64,000 nucleotides of DNA from an uncultured Christensenella sp. GTDB lineage: Bacteria > Bacillota > Clostridia > Christensenellales > Borkfalkiaceae. Position 1 is the stretch's first letter, and each line of letters starts with the position of its first letter. This document shows positions 8,939 through 19,234 of the stretch, one piece after another. The stretch covers positions 8,535-72,534 of the forward strand of contig CAJKUC010000004.1 of assembly GCA_905203015.1 (NCBI GenBank), read 5' to 3'. A program made the translations under genes and the position numbers. The notes beneath the pieces were generated by a model that ran no database searches, was not told the DNA's origin, and worked only from the letters and a program-made list of their open reading frames with translations.

Positions 8939-9775
8939 ATGAAAACTTTCAGCATCGATCTTAAAGAATTTTACGGCACGGAAGGCGGAAAACTGACGGC
9001 GATTTTGTCCGATTCTCCGCACGACGCGGCGGATCTCACCGAAAAATGGAAACGCCCCGCGGTGGTAGTGGTGCCGGGCGGCGGATACAGTTTCGTAAGC
9101 AAGCGCGAAGGCGAACCGATCGCGCAGGCGTTTCTCGCGCGCGGATTTCAGGCTTTTATTCTCGAATATCTCGTTTCGGGGGACGAAATTTCGTATCCCG
9201 AACAACTCACCGAACTTGCCGCCGCGGTGGATTACGTGAAGAAACACGCGGACGAAATGCACGTGAACGCGAAAGAAGTGTTCGCCGTGGGCTTTTCCGC
9301 AGGCGGACATCTCGTAGGAGATCTTGCCACGGAATGGCAGAATATCGAAAGCGTCACGGGGAAAAAACTCGATTGCTCTCTTGCTGCTACGGGGCTTTGC
9401 TATCCCGTGATTTCCTCAAAAGCGGGGCACGTGTTTTCGTACGATAATCTGCTTTGCGATTATACGCCCGAAGCGCGCGAAGAGGTGATGAAAAAACTCG
9501 ATCTGAATCGTGCCGTAACGGAAAATACGCCGCCTTCTTTTTTGTGGACGACGGCAGCGGATTCCTGCGTGCCTTCGGAAAACACGCTGTTGTACGCGCT
9601 GGAACTTGCCAAACGTAAAATTCCTTACGAACTTCACGTGTATCCCGAATGCGATCACGGAGCGAGCACGGGCGCTTACGAAATAAACAGCGAATATGCG
9701 CCGCTTCGCCGTCTGTCGCGCTGGTTGGACGATTGTTCGTATTTCTTTCATCTTTTCACCGAAGAAAAATTCTGA
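8939..9775 (+). CDS. alpha/beta hydrolase (esterase/lipase, HGGG type)
   Basis: 'VVVPGGGY' oxyanion motif, 'GFSAGGHL' nucleophile elbow, and a later 'CDHG' His. RBS ggag. A terminator follows at 9813-9860. Confidence 0.75.
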   Translation: MKTFSIDLKEFYGTEGGKLTAILSDSPHDAADLTEKWKRPAVVVVPGGGYSFVSKREGEPIAQAFLARGFQAFILEYLVSGDEISYPEQLTELAAAVDYVKKHADEMHVNAKEVFAVGFSAGGHLVGDLATEWQNIESVTGKKLDCSLAATGLCYPVISSKAGHVFSYDNLLCDYTPEAREEVMKKLDLNRAVTENTPPSFLWTTAADSCVPSENTLLYALELAKRKIPYELHVYPECDHGASTGAYEINSEYAPLRRLSRWLDDCSYFFHLFTEEKF

Positions 9776-9812
9776 AAAAACGAACGGAAGCCGCTTTTTT
9801 GCGGCATAAATT

Positions 9813-9860
9813 CCCGTCGGATAAACGTTTTTTTGCGCTTTCCGACGGGTTTCTTTTTGT
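9813..9860 (+). terminator. rho-independent terminator
   Basis: Stem cccgtcgga...tccgacggg followed by tttcttttt. A smaller gccgc-tttttt-gcggc hairpin lies just upstream. Confidence 0.6.
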
Positions 9861-9933
9861 TTTGTTGTTTGTAAAACGGCACGACTGCTATATGAAATCT
9901 GAATGAAAATTTTAATAATTGCCGATCGGGCGT

Positions 9934-9962
9934 TTGACTATTCTCGAAGAAAATGGTAAAAT
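9934..9962 (+). promoter_or_regulatory. sigma70-type promoter
   Basis: TTGACT, 17-nt spacer, TAAAAT. Confidence 0.5.
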
Positions 9963-10076
9963 GTGCGAAATTCTTCGGGCGGATATTCCGTCGCAAAAAG
10001 CGCGGCGGAAAACGGATCGGAAATTCATATTTTACAGGAGAAGAAATCCGATAAAATTCGGAATGATCTGCGGCAA

Positions 10077-10256
10077 ATGAAAAAAGGATTTTTCAAAAAA
10101 ATGTTGTTGGCGACATTGCTTATCTGTATCGCGGCTTCGTGCGCGTTGTTTTGCGGTTGCTTCGGCTCGGTCGGCTACGATTCTCCGCGAAGCGGAAAGT
10201 CCGATAAAACGATCGGATCTTTCGATGACGAATTCGTTACGCCGTCTGTGGGATAA
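10077..10256 (+). CDS. small lipoprotein (59 aa), function unknown
   Basis: MKKGFFKKMLLATLLICIAASCALFCGC lipobox signal peptide. A terminator follows at 10281-10325. Confidence 0.4.
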   Translation: MKKGFFKKMLLATLLICIAASCALFCGCFGSVGYDSPRSGKSDKTIGSFDDEFVTPSVG

Positions 10257-10280
10257 AACGGAACGGGCAAAAACAAAGGA

Positions 10281-10325
10281 AACGGAAGGAAGCGATTTCA
10301 AAAAATCGCTTCCTTCCGTTTTTCG
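10281..10325 (+). terminator. rho-independent terminator
   Basis: 16-bp stem aacggaaggaagcgat / atcgcttccttccgtt followed by ttttt. Confidence 0.8.
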
Positions 10326-10561
10326 TCGGGGAAAAACGCGGGCGCATCTTTCGCTTGCAAAAATTGTCGCGGTGTGATACACTATAAAAGCAGAGGCACG
10401 CCCGATCGGCGTTTGCCGTTGCCGCCCGCTTCGGCTTGCCTGTGAAAAGAAAGACAAAGCGTGGAAAATCGCGCGGCGAAAACGAGGGCAGGACGGAGAA
10501 ATAAGCGGCGGAATAATGTAAGAAACGCACGGGAAACGCGTGCGGAAGACGGATCGGGATC

Positions 10562-11983
10562 ATGGAAAAAGAGAAACGGAAAAAATTATATAAAAAAATC
10601 GCAGCGGGCGTGCTTTGTTTTCTCGCCTTTTATATTTTTCTTTCGGGCTACGTTCCGCCGTTGGTGCGAAAAAGCGCGGAAGCGGGCGGAAACGCTGCGG
10701 AAGCGGGCGCGTCGAACGGCGAGCGGATTGCCTGTATCGACGATAATCAGAGCGCGCTTTTGTATCGTTTGCGGCTGATCGAAAGCGCGCAGAGCGAGAT
10801 ACGGCTTTCCGCGTATTCCTTTTATGACGACGAGAGCGGCAACGACGTGATCTGCGCTTTGTTCGCGGCGGCGGAACGCGGCGTGAACGTAAAGATTATA
10901 GTAGACGGTTTCAATGAGGGAAAACTGAAAAACGTCGCCGCGTTCAAAGCGCTTGCGGCGCACGAAAACGCCGAGGCGAAAGCGTACAACCCCGTGGGCT
11001 TTTTCGGTTTTTGGAGGACGAATTTCCGCCTGCACGATAAATATCTCACCTGCGACGATTCCGCTTATCTTCTCGGCGGCAGAAACGTGGGGGATCTGTT
11101 TCTCGGTGATTACGCGAAAAAGCAGAATATCGATCGCGACGTGCTGGTGCTTTCCTCCGTGCGGTACGAAGAGGGTGAAACGGCTTCGGTGAACGACGTG
11201 AAAGCGTATTTTAACGCCGTGTGGGAATTTCCGCAAAACAGGGCGTTTTCGGGAAAGATCGCGGCGAAGAAAAAGGAACGTGCGGAAAGGGAGATGGCGG
11301 CGCGTTACGCCGCGCTGAAAGAAAAATATCCCGAAATTTCCTCGCCGATCGATCGCGAAAGCGAAACGTTGCCGGCGCGCGGCGTGAAACTTCTGCACGG
11401 CGACGTGCATGCCGCGCCGAAAGCCCCCGTTTTATGGAAGACGATCGCTTCCGCGCTGAAAGGGCGCGACGCGGTGATTCAGACGCCTTACGCCATTATG
11501 GATAACGCGATGTACGAAGATCTCGCTTCGATCGCGTCTTCGGGCGGCGCGCTGCGGATCGTCACAAATTCCGTATCGAGCGGCGCGAATCCGTGGGGCT
11601 GTGCGGATTATCTGAACGAAAAGCGGAAAATTCTGCAGACGGGCGCGAGCGTTACGGAAATCAACGGGGAGAAATCGTCGCACGTGAAAACGGCGCTGGC
11701 GGGGGAAAACCTTTGCTTTATCGGTTCGTTCAATCTCGATATGCGCAGCGCGTATCTCAATACGGAAACGGCGCTTCTGATCGATTGCCCGCAGTTGAAC
11801 GCGGCGTTGCGCGCGGAAATCACACGCTACGAAGAGCGCGGCGTGACGTTTTCTTTAAACGAATCGGGGAAAACGGCGGCGGCGTACGGCGAAAAATACG
11901 AGGGGCGAAACACTCCTTTTTTCAAGAGGATCGTTTACGGCGTTCTGCGATTCGTCATTCTGCCTTTCCGCCATTTGCTCTGA
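10562..11983 (+). CDS. phospholipase D-family protein (cardiolipin-synthase-like, two HKD motifs) with an N-terminal transmembrane anchor
   Basis: HKD motifs 'HDKYLTCDD' and 'HVKTALAGENLCFIGSFNLDMRS'. N-terminal transmembrane helix. Upstream candidate promoter TTGCAA-17-TGaTACACT at about 10356-10386. Confidence 0.8.
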   Translation: MEKEKRKKLYKKIAAGVLCFLAFYIFLSGYVPPLVRKSAEAGGNAAEAGASNGERIACIDDNQSALLYRLRLIESAQSEIRLSAYSFYDDESGNDVICALFAAAERGVNVKIIVDGFNEGKLKNVAAFKALAAHENAEAKAYNPVGFFGFWRTNFRLHDKYLTCDDSAYLLGGRNVGDLFLGDYAKKQNIDRDVLVLSSVRYEEGETASVNDVKAYFNAVWEFPQNRAFSGKIAAKKKERAEREMAARYAALKEKYPEISSPIDRESETLPARGVKLLHGDVHAAPKAPVLWKTIASALKGRDAVIQTPYAIMDNAMYEDLASIASSGGALRIVTNSVSSGANPWGCADYLNEKRKILQTGASVTEINGEKSSHVKTALAGENLCFIGSFNLDMRSAYLNTETALLIDCPQLNAALRAEITRYEERGVTFSLNESGKTAAAYGEKYEGRNTPFFKRIVYGVLRFVILPFRHLL

Positions 11984-12028
11984 TGAAATTTCGCCCGAAT
12001 TTCACAAAAAAAAGTTGGCACCAACCTG

Positions 12029-12057
12029 TTGACAAAAGACTATTTTTGGGTTATAAT
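12029..12057 (+). promoter_or_regulatory. consensus sigma70 promoter of the V-type ATPase operon
   Basis: TTGACA (12029-12034), 17-nt spacer, TATAAT (12052-12057). A second TGaTATACT element lies at about 12210-12222. The leader is ~230 nt. Confidence 0.6.
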
Positions 12058-12283
12058 TTATTAGACGGTTAATTAAAAGCCGAACGTATGATACCATTGT
12101 CTGAAAGCGCGGGCGAAAGCGGAAAGCGGAGTGGCGGAAAAATTCCGATTTATATCCGATTGATATAGGACGGAAAGAAAAATGATATTTTACGGAAAAA
12201 GGAAATTGTGATATACTCTTCTGTGGCGTGCCCGAAAGGCGGGTGCGGGGCGGAAGAAAAAAGCGAAAAGAGGTATGCGGCGT

Positions 12284-12613
12284 ATGAAAACGGAATTGAT
12301 CGAAGCGATCACGAATGCGGAAAGAGAAGTCGCTCTTGAAAAAGAAGAAGCGGCGAAGCAGGCGGAAACTCTTACGGCGCAGGCGGAAGAAAAGGCGAAA
12401 ACGACGCGCGAAGCCGGCGCGGGCGTTTGCAAAGCATACGCCGAAACGCAGATTCGTCTGGCTACGGCGAAGAGTGAAAAATTGTATGCCGACGAAATCA
12501 AAAAAGCGCGGGCGGAAGCGGAAAGCGAAGCGGCGGGGGCTGTGAAAAACGCCGACGTGCCCGTCAGCGGAATCGTGAAACGTATTATCGACGGGGAGGA
12601 AGCGGAATCGTGA
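12284..12613 (+). CDS. V-type ATP synthase subunit G/H (small coiled-coil stator subunit)
   Basis: ~110-aa Ala/Glu/Lys-rich helical protein and first gene of the operon. An alternative ATG exists at 12275. Confidence 0.6.
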   Translation: MKTELIEAITNAEREVALEKEEAAKQAETLTAQAEEKAKTTREAGAGVCKAYAETQIRLATAKSEKLYADEIKKARAEAESEAAGAVKNADVPVSGIVKRIIDGEEAES

Positions 12614-14631
12614 TCGCAAAGATGCGAAAACTCAATCTCGCGGCGATGCGTTATGATAAAGACGCGATTCTCGACGCCCTGCAAAAAACGCGCGCGGCGG
12701 AAATCACGTTGCACGAAGAAGCGGAAAACACAACGATTCCCGCTAAAGATGACGCCGCGCTTTTAAGCCGTGCATCCGACGTGGAGAGCGCGCTTTCGTC
12801 GCTTACAAAAGAAGCGGAGGATTATCAGCGCGATCATTCGCTGAAAACAAATCTTCTCAAAGACGGATTCGACGTTTCTTATTCCCGCTTTATGGCGATG
12901 AAAGATTGCGGGGAAAAAGCGGATTCGATCCTTCGCGAAAACGGGCGCTTAACGGCGGAAAAAGCCGCGCTCAAAGCGGAATACGCCGCGGCGGAAAGAG
13001 AGGAAAAAATCGCGGGGATATACGCGTTTTTAAACGTGCCTTTCGCAAAATTCAAAGGAACGAAAAAAGCGGAAATATCGCTCGGCGCGATTCCCGCCGC
13101 GAAAGAAGAAGATTTTCTCGCGACTATGGGGAACGAAGAAAACGAATATTTTGCCTTTGAAAAACTCGGCGGCACGGAAAATTTCGCCGTGTATGCCGTG
13201 GCGTATTTGAAGAGCGAAAAAGAAAAGGCGGAAGCGATTCTTTCTTCCGCTTCTTTCTCGTATTGCCCGTATGCTGCGCAGAAAACGGAAGACGCGGAAA
13301 CGGGAAAATTGCTTTACGAACGCACGATACAAAAAAAGGAAGAAACGGAAAAGGCGCTGAAAAAGAACGCGGAAGAATTTTATGCCCTTGCGAAAGAAAT
13401 TCCTTTTCTGAAAACCTATTCCGATTATCTTGCTTACGAGATAGAAAAGGAAAACGCTTCCGACGATATGCGCGTGACGGAGCGTACCTTCCTTCTGGAA
13501 GCGTACGTGCCCGAAGAGATGACGGAAACGGTGCGCGCCGCGCTGGAAGAAACGACGGGCGCGTGCTATTACGATTTTTCCGAGCCGACGGAAGAGGACA
13601 ACCCTCCCACGCTTTTGAAAAACGATAAGATCGTACGTAATTTCGAGGATATCACGAATATGTATTCCGTGCCCAACAGCCGCGAATTCGATCCGAACAC
13701 CGTGATGGGCTTTTTCTACGCGTTGTTTATGGGGTTCATTATCGGCGATATGGGCTACGGGCTTGCCATGATGATCGGCGGCGGACTTTTATGGTATAAG
13801 AACCGCGCGCGGGAAAGCGGCATGAAACGCCTTTCCGCCGTGTTCGCTTTCGGCGGCGTATTCGCCGTGATCTGGGGCGTACTATTCAATTCCCTGCTCG
13901 GGCTGCAGGTGCTGCCGTTTACGGTGATGCCAGATATGCAATCGGATATGTGGTCGCTTGCGGGCGTGAACGTGCCGAGCGTATTGGTGATCAGTATGGA
14001 AATCGGCGTGGCGCAGATTTTCGTAGGGTATATCTGCTGGGCGGTGCAGTGCTGGCGGCGCGGCGACGTATGGGGAGGAATCTTCGACGGCGTCGTGTGG
14101 GCGATCTTCTCCGTAGGCGTGTGCCTTGCGATCATAGGATTTATCGAAGAAAGCAATCTTCCCGCTTTGCGGAAGATCGGCGGAATCACGGCGGGCGTAT
14201 CGCTTCTTGTCGCCATGCTTACGGCGGGCCGAAAAGAGAAATTTTTCGGAAAACTGACGAAGGGCTTCGGCGCGGCGTACGGCGTTATCAATTACGCTTC
14301 GGATATTTTAAGTTACGCGCGGCTTTACGGCTTGCTTCTTTCGGGCGCGGTGATCGCGAATATCGTTTCGTCGTATGCGATGGGCTTTATTACGGGCGGA
14401 AACGCGATCGTGGCGGTGCTGGGCGTACTGCTGATGATTGCGGGGCATATATTCAATCTGGCGATGAGCCTTCTCGGCGCGTATATTCACGATGCACGGC
14501 TTCAGTATGTGGAGTTCTTCGGGCGTTTCTTCGAGGGCGAAGGCGAATTGTTTACGCCGCTCGGCAGTACGCAGAAATACGTGTACCTTCTGCCGGCGAC
14601 GGTTGCGGAAAAAGCCGCGGCGGTTGCCTGA
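12610..14631 (+). CDS. ntpI: V-type ATP synthase subunit I (a subunit)
   Basis: 673 aa with a hydrophilic N-terminal half and a C-terminal polytopic domain. GTG start overlaps the upstream stop. Confidence 0.85.
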   Translation: MIAKMRKLNLAAMRYDKDAILDALQKTRAAEITLHEEAENTTIPAKDDAALLSRASDVESALSSLTKEAEDYQRDHSLKTNLLKDGFDVSYSRFMAMKDCGEKADSILRENGRLTAEKAALKAEYAAAEREEKIAGIYAFLNVPFAKFKGTKKAEISLGAIPAAKEEDFLATMGNEENEYFAFEKLGGTENFAVYAVAYLKSEKEKAEAILSSASFSYCPYAAQKTEDAETGKLLYERTIQKKEETEKALKKNAEEFYALAKEIPFLKTYSDYLAYEIEKENASDDMRVTERTFLLEAYVPEEMTETVRAALEETTGACYYDFSEPTEEDNPPTLLKNDKIVRNFEDITNMYSVPNSREFDPNTVMGFFYALFMGFIIGDMGYGLAMMIGGGLLWYKNRARESGMKRLSAVFAFGGVFAVIWGVLFNSLLGLQVLPFTVMPDMQSDMWSLAGVNVPSVLVISMEIGVAQIFVGYICWAVQCWRRGDVWGGIFDGVVWAIFSVGVCLAIIGFIEESNLPALRKIGGITAGVSLLVAMLTAGRKEKFFGKLTKGFGAAYGVINYASDILSYARLYGLLLSGAVIANIVSSYAMGFITGGNAIVAVLGVLLMIAGHIFNLAMSLLGAYIHDARLQYVEFFGRFFEGEGELFTPLGSTQKYVYLLPATVAEKAAAVA

Positions 14632-14753
14632 AACGAAGGTAGAAAATACGGGATCGGATAAAATCCGTGCCCGGATAAAATTCGGAAAAACGATCGGAGC
14701 GGAATCGCTCCGGGCGAAAAATAAAGAAATTGTTGAAATCGGAGGATTTTTTT

Positions 14754-15233
14754 ATGGGTTACATGATAGCGTTGTTCGGCATTGCCATCTGCGTTTTATT
14801 CTGCGGTATTGGCTCTTGTATCGGTTTGTACAAGACGGGTACGGCGGCTGCGGGCGTCCTCGGCGAAGAACCGAAGAAATTCGGTAAGGTGATGGTGCTT
14901 GTGCTGTTGCCCGCCACGCAGGGGATTTACGGATTCATTATCGGGCTGATCGCTTCGGCGAAACTTACGGCGGGTATGGATACGGCTTCCGGCTGGGCGG
15001 TGTTTGCGGCGGTGATGCCGATGGCGGTTTCCGGCCTTGTATCCGGCTTCATGCAGGGTAAATGCGCGGCGAACTGTATTTATGCGGTGGGCAAACAGGA
15101 ATCTCTTTCCGGTAAACTCATCGTTTATCCTGGTATGATCGAATTCTATGCGATTCTCGGGCTGATCATTTCCATCATGCTGGTGGGCGGAATCACGATC
15201 GCGACGGGCGCGATTGTGCCTGTAATCGCCTGA
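14754..15233 (+). CDS. ntpK: V-type ATP synthase subunit K (duplicated 4-TM proteolipid)
   Basis: 159 aa, two hairpin repeats, RBS ggagg. Confidence 0.85.
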   Translation: MGYMIALFGIAICVLFCGIGSCIGLYKTGTAAAGVLGEEPKKFGKVMVLVLLPATQGIYGFIIGLIASAKLTAGMDTASGWAVFAAVMPMAVSGLVSGFMQGKCAANCIYAVGKQESLSGKLIVYPGMIEFYAILGLIISIMLVGGITIATGAIVPVIA

Positions 15234-15274
15234 ATCGCCGCCGTTTGACGGCGGAACACGGAAAGGTGCAGAAT

Positions 15275-15862
15275 ATGAGTGTGGAAAGTATCGTGGAAAA
15301 GATACGTTCGGACGGGCATGCCGAAGCGGAAAATATTCTTGCCGCAGGCAGAAAAAAGGCGGACGATATCGTAAACGAGGCGAATCGGGAGGCGGAAAAG
15401 CACCGTCGCGAGACGGAAGAAGACGTGGAACGCCGCGTGCAGGCGATCGCCGAACATTATGCGGCGGCGGCGCGGCTCGACGTGAAAAAAATCCGCCTTG
15501 CGGCGAGAAAAAAAGCGGCGGAAAGCGTGTATGCGGAAGCGAAAAAACGCCTTCGCAATCTTAGCGAAGAGGATACGCTGAAACTTTTCGGCAGGCTTTT
15601 ATCGTCGTATGCCGAAGAGGGCGATTCCGTTGTTTTCGCAGACGATTTCGGATACGTGGATCAGGTGGCTTTGCTGCCCGTGTTTTTGAATAAAAAACTT
15701 TCCGTTTTAAAGGCGGAAAAGGCGCAGGGTGTACACGTGGACGGCGGCTTGTATCTCGTAGGAAAAACGGCGGATAAAGATCTTACGTTCGACGCGCTTT
15801 TAAAGGCGGATTTCGAGGAACGGCAGGCGGAAATCGTAAACGCGCTGTTCGGCAACGGCTGA
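15275..15862 (+). CDS. ntpE: V-type ATP synthase subunit E
   Basis: ~195 aa with a charged helical N-terminus, at the expected position in the operon. Confidence 0.75.
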   Translation: MSVESIVEKIRSDGHAEAENILAAGRKKADDIVNEANREAEKHRRETEEDVERRVQAIAEHYAAAARLDVKKIRLAARKKAAESVYAEAKKRLRNLSEEDTLKLFGRLLSSYAEEGDSVVFADDFGYVDQVALLPVFLNKKLSVLKAEKAQGVHVDGGLYLVGKTADKDLTFDALLKADFEERQAEIVNALFGNG

Positions 15863-15989
15863 TATCGGGGCTGCGGAAAAAGGCTTTCGCGGCAGACGGA
15901 GCGTTGTGTTGCCGCGGGGCGTTATACGGCTGACTGCGGCATAATCGGAAGCGGCGGAGAAGCGGACGAAGCGCCGCGAAAAGGCAGAG

Positions 15990-16958
15990 GTGAAACAGGT
16001 GATTTCGAGGACGTACGTAAACGGCGTGATCGCCGCAAAAGAAAAATATTTTCTCGGAGAGAAGTTGCTCCGTCTGTGCGAATCGGACGCGGCGACGGCT
16101 TTGCGTACGCTGAAAGAAAACGGTTTCGGCGGCGACGCGGCGGAAGAGAAAGGCGCGGAAGAACTGATCAGGGCGGAAGAAGCCTCGATCAACGCGTTTG
16201 TACGCGAGTATGCGGCGGGCGAAGCGGAACGGGAATATTTTCTTGCGCCGCTCGATACGCACAACGTTAAGGCATATTTCAAAGCGCACGTTTTAGGCGC
16301 GGACGTTGCGCCGATGCTGGCGGAAGAAGGAACATTGAAAACGGGCGCGATCGCGGAATGTTTCGCGAAAGAAGATTTTTCCGCGTTGCCCGATTATTTG
16401 CAAAAAGCCCTGAAAGAAGCGGAAACCATCTGCGAAAACGGCACGGAAGGAAAGGGCGCGAAAGTTGGCGAAGCGTTTGAAAAGGCGTTATACGCGCATC
16501 TTTCCGAATCGTGCAAAGGCGAGAGCGCGCTGAAAAAAATTCTCGCGGCGAAAGCGGATCGCACGAATCTTGTGATCGCGCTTCGCTCGAAGGATCTTGC
16601 TGCGGCGAAAGAAGCGTTTCTTGCGGGCGGCAACGTAAAAGCCGATTCGTTCGCGTTCTGTTTTATAGAAGACGAAGAAAAGGCGCGCGCCGCGGCGGAA
16701 AAGGCGGGGGCGCACGATTTATGGAAAACGTATGCCGCATGCAAAGAGTCGGGCGGCGTTGCGGCTGCGGAAAAAGCGGCGGCGGAAGCGGAAATCGACT
16801 ATTTCGCAAAGCGGAAATACGAACTGGCGGGAACGAAGCCGTTCATCTATTACGTATTGCGGAGAAGAACGGAATGTTTCAACGTGCGCGTCGCGTTGGT
16901 ATGCCTGAACGCGGGAATGAAAGAAAGCGAAATCAAAAAACGCTTCCGCGGCGTGTGA
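15990..16958 (+). CDS. ntpC: V-type ATP synthase subunit C
   Basis: 322 aa, GTG start, at the expected position in the operon. Confidence 0.75.
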   Translation: MKQVISRTYVNGVIAAKEKYFLGEKLLRLCESDAATALRTLKENGFGGDAAEEKGAEELIRAEEASINAFVREYAAGEAEREYFLAPLDTHNVKAYFKAHVLGADVAPMLAEEGTLKTGAIAECFAKEDFSALPDYLQKALKEAETICENGTEGKGAKVGEAFEKALYAHLSESCKGESALKKILAAKADRTNLVIALRSKDLAAAKEAFLAGGNVKADSFAFCFIEDEEKARAAAEKAGAHDLWKTYAACKESGGVAAAEKAAAEAEIDYFAKRKYELAGTKPFIYYVLRRRTECFNVRVALVCLNAGMKESEIKKRFRGV

Positions 16959-17058
16959 CGGTTTTGTCCGTACGCGCTTTCCGAATCGGCGGAAAACGGG
17001 GCAAAAAACGTACGGGCGGCGGGAGAAAGCGGATGAATAATATCGGGAGAGGACGAAA

Positions 17059-17367
17059 ATGCTCGGAAAAACGGCAATCGTCGGCGACGGCGACAGCATA
17101 ACGGTGTTCAAAGCGGCGGGCGTGGACGCGTTCCCCGCGCAGGACGAGAAAAAGGCGCGGGAAGTGATCCGCAGAATAGCGAAAGATTATAAGATCATCT
17201 TTCTTACGGAAGAATTCGCGCGGCCGCTGGCGGACTTTTTGAAGAGATTCGACGAAGCGCCTTATCCCGTGATTTTATCCGTGCCGTCGAAGAACGGCTC
17301 TACGGGCTACGGCGCGGAAATGCTGAAAGAGGCGACGGAGCGCGCGCTGGGCGTGAATATCTTATAA
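17059..17367 (+). CDS. V-type ATP synthase subunit F
   Basis: 102 aa, 'MLGKTAIVGDGDSITVFKAAGVDAF', RBS gggagagga. Confidence 0.85.
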   Translation: MLGKTAIVGDGDSITVFKAAGVDAFPAQDEKKAREVIRRIAKDYKIIFLTEEFARPLADFLKRFDEAPYPVILSVPSKNGSTGYGAEMLKEATERALGVNIL

Positions 17368-17461
17368 GCCTTATAAGCGGAAAACAATGCAAAATCGCGC
17401 CCGCCGATTGCGGTAAAAAAACGGCGGAAGAAGCGGGCGGAAAAATACGGAGAGAGATTTT

Positions 17462-19234
17462 ATGGCAACGGTTGGTAAGACAATCAAGGTATCGGGACCT
17501 TTAATCGTGGCGGAAAACATGGCGGACGCGAAATTGTACGACGTGGTACGCGTATCCGAAAAAGGGCTGATCGGCGAAATCATCGAATTGCGCGGAGACA
17601 AAGCCTCCATACAGGTGTACGAAGAAACGGCGGGGCTCGGAGTGGGAGAAAACGTGTATTCCACGGGCGAGCCGCTTTCCGCGGAACTCGGCCCCGGGCT
17701 GATCACGGGCATTTTCGACGGGATTCAGCGCCCGCTCACCGCGCTTTATTTCAAATACGGCGATCGTATTTCGCGCGGGGTATCGGTGAATAAACTGAGT
17801 CGCGAAAAGAAGTGGACGTTCGTTCCGTGCGTTTCCGTCGGTGACGAAGTGGGCGAAGGCGACGTGATCGGCAGCGTGCAGGAAACAGAGATCGTTTCGC
17901 ATAAAATTCTTGTGCCGAAGGGCGTGAAAGGCCGTATTTCTTCCGTAACGGCGGGAGATTTCACGATCGAAGAAACCGTAGCCGTGGTGGAGACGGAAAA
18001 CGGCGCGAAGCCCTTGTGCATGCTTCAGAAATGGCCCGTGAGAAAGGGCAGACCGTATCTTGAAAAACTCAATCCCGATCGTCCGATGGTGACGGGGCAA
18101 CGCGTAATCGATACGTTGTTCCCGATCGCCCGCGGCGGCGTTGCCGCCGTTCCCGGGCCTTTCGGCAGCGGCAAAACCGTTGTGCAGCACCAACTTGCGA
18201 AGTGGGCGGACGCGGACATTATCGTATACGTGGGCTGCGGCGAACGCGGCAACGAAATGACGGACGTTCTGAACGAATTTCCCGAACTGAAAGATCCGAA
18301 GACGGGCGAACCGCTGATGAAGCGAACGGTGCTGATCGCGAACACTTCCGATATGCCCGTGGCGGCGCGCGAAGCCTCGATTTACACGGGCATCACGATC
18401 GCCGAATATTTCCGCGATATGGGCTACAACGTAGCCATCATGGCGGACTCTACGTCGCGTTGGGCGGAGGCGTTGCGCGAAATGAGCGGACGGCTTGAAG
18501 AAATGCCCGGCGACGAAGGGTATCCCGCATATCTTGCCAGCCGTCTTGCGGAATTTTACGAACGCGCGGGGATCGTGCGGATTCTCGGCAAAGAGAAAAA
18601 ACTCGGCTCGGTGACGGCGATCGGCGCGGTGTCGCCTCCCGGCGGCGATTTAAGCGAACCCGTAGCGCAGGCAACGCTTCGTATCGTGAAAGTGTTTTGG
18701 GGGCTTTCCGCTTCCCTGGCGTACAAGCGGCATTTCCCCGCGATCGATTGGCTGATCAGTTATTCGCTGTATGCGGATAAAATGAAGGACTGGTACGACG
18801 AAAACGTAGGAAAAGAATTTTTCCGCTATCGTGCGGAAGTGATGAAGGTATTGCAGGAAGAAGCCGCTCTCGACGAAATCGTCCGCCTCGTGGGCGTAGA
18901 CGCGTTGTCCGCAAAAGACCGCCTGACGATGGAAACGGCGAAGATGATCCGCGAAGATTTCCTGCACCAGAACGCGTTCCACGAAGTGGATACCTACACG
19001 TCTTTGAAAAAGCAACTTTCCATGCTCCGTCTGATCTGCGGTTTCCGCGCGGCGGGCAGCGAAGCGGTGGATAACTACGTGGATCTGAACGATATTTTAT
19101 CCGCGCCGTTCAAGGATAAGATCGGCAGAGCAAAATATATCCCCGAGGATAACGTTGATAAGATCGACGAAATTTATTCCGAAATGCTGAAAGAAATAAA
19201 GGCGCTTTGCGAGGGAGAGAAAGAAGATGTTTAA
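17462..19234 (+). CDS. ntpA: V-type ATP synthase catalytic subunit A
   Basis: 590 aa, P-loop 'GPFGSGKT'. Confidence 0.95.
   Translation: MATVGKTIKVSGPLIVAENMADAKLYDVVRVSEKGLIGEIIELRGDKASIQVYEETAGLGVGENVYSTGEPLSAELGPGLITGIFDGIQRPLTALYFKYGDRISRGVSVNKLSREKKWTFVPCVSVGDEVGEGDVIGSVQETEIVSHKILVPKGVKGRISSVTAGDFTIEETVAVVETENGAKPLCMLQKWPVRKGRPYLEKLNPDRPMVTGQRVIDTLFPIARGGVAAVPGPFGSGKTVVQHQLAKWADADIIVYVGCGERGNEMTDVLNEFPELKDPKTGEPLMKRTVLIANTSDMPVAAREASIYTGITIAEYFRDMGYNVAIMADSTSRWAEALREMSGRLEEMPGDEGYPAYLASRLAEFYERAGIVRILGKEKKLGSVTAIGAVSPPGGDLSEPVAQATLRIVKVFWGLSASLAYKRHFPAIDWLISYSLYADKMKDWYDENVGKEFFRYRAEVMKVLQEEAALDEIVRLVGVDALSAKDRLTMETAKMIREDFLHQNAFHEVDTYTSLKKQLSMLRLICGFRAAGSEAVDNYVDLNDILSAPFKDKIGRAKYIPEDNVDKIDEIYSEMLKEIKALCEGEKEDV

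Noticed and set aside
12084-12160. 25-codon ORF (MIPLSESAGESGKRSGGKIPIYIRL) in the V-ATPase leader
   Set aside because: No SD sequence, and it lies between two promoter elements. More likely non-coding leader.
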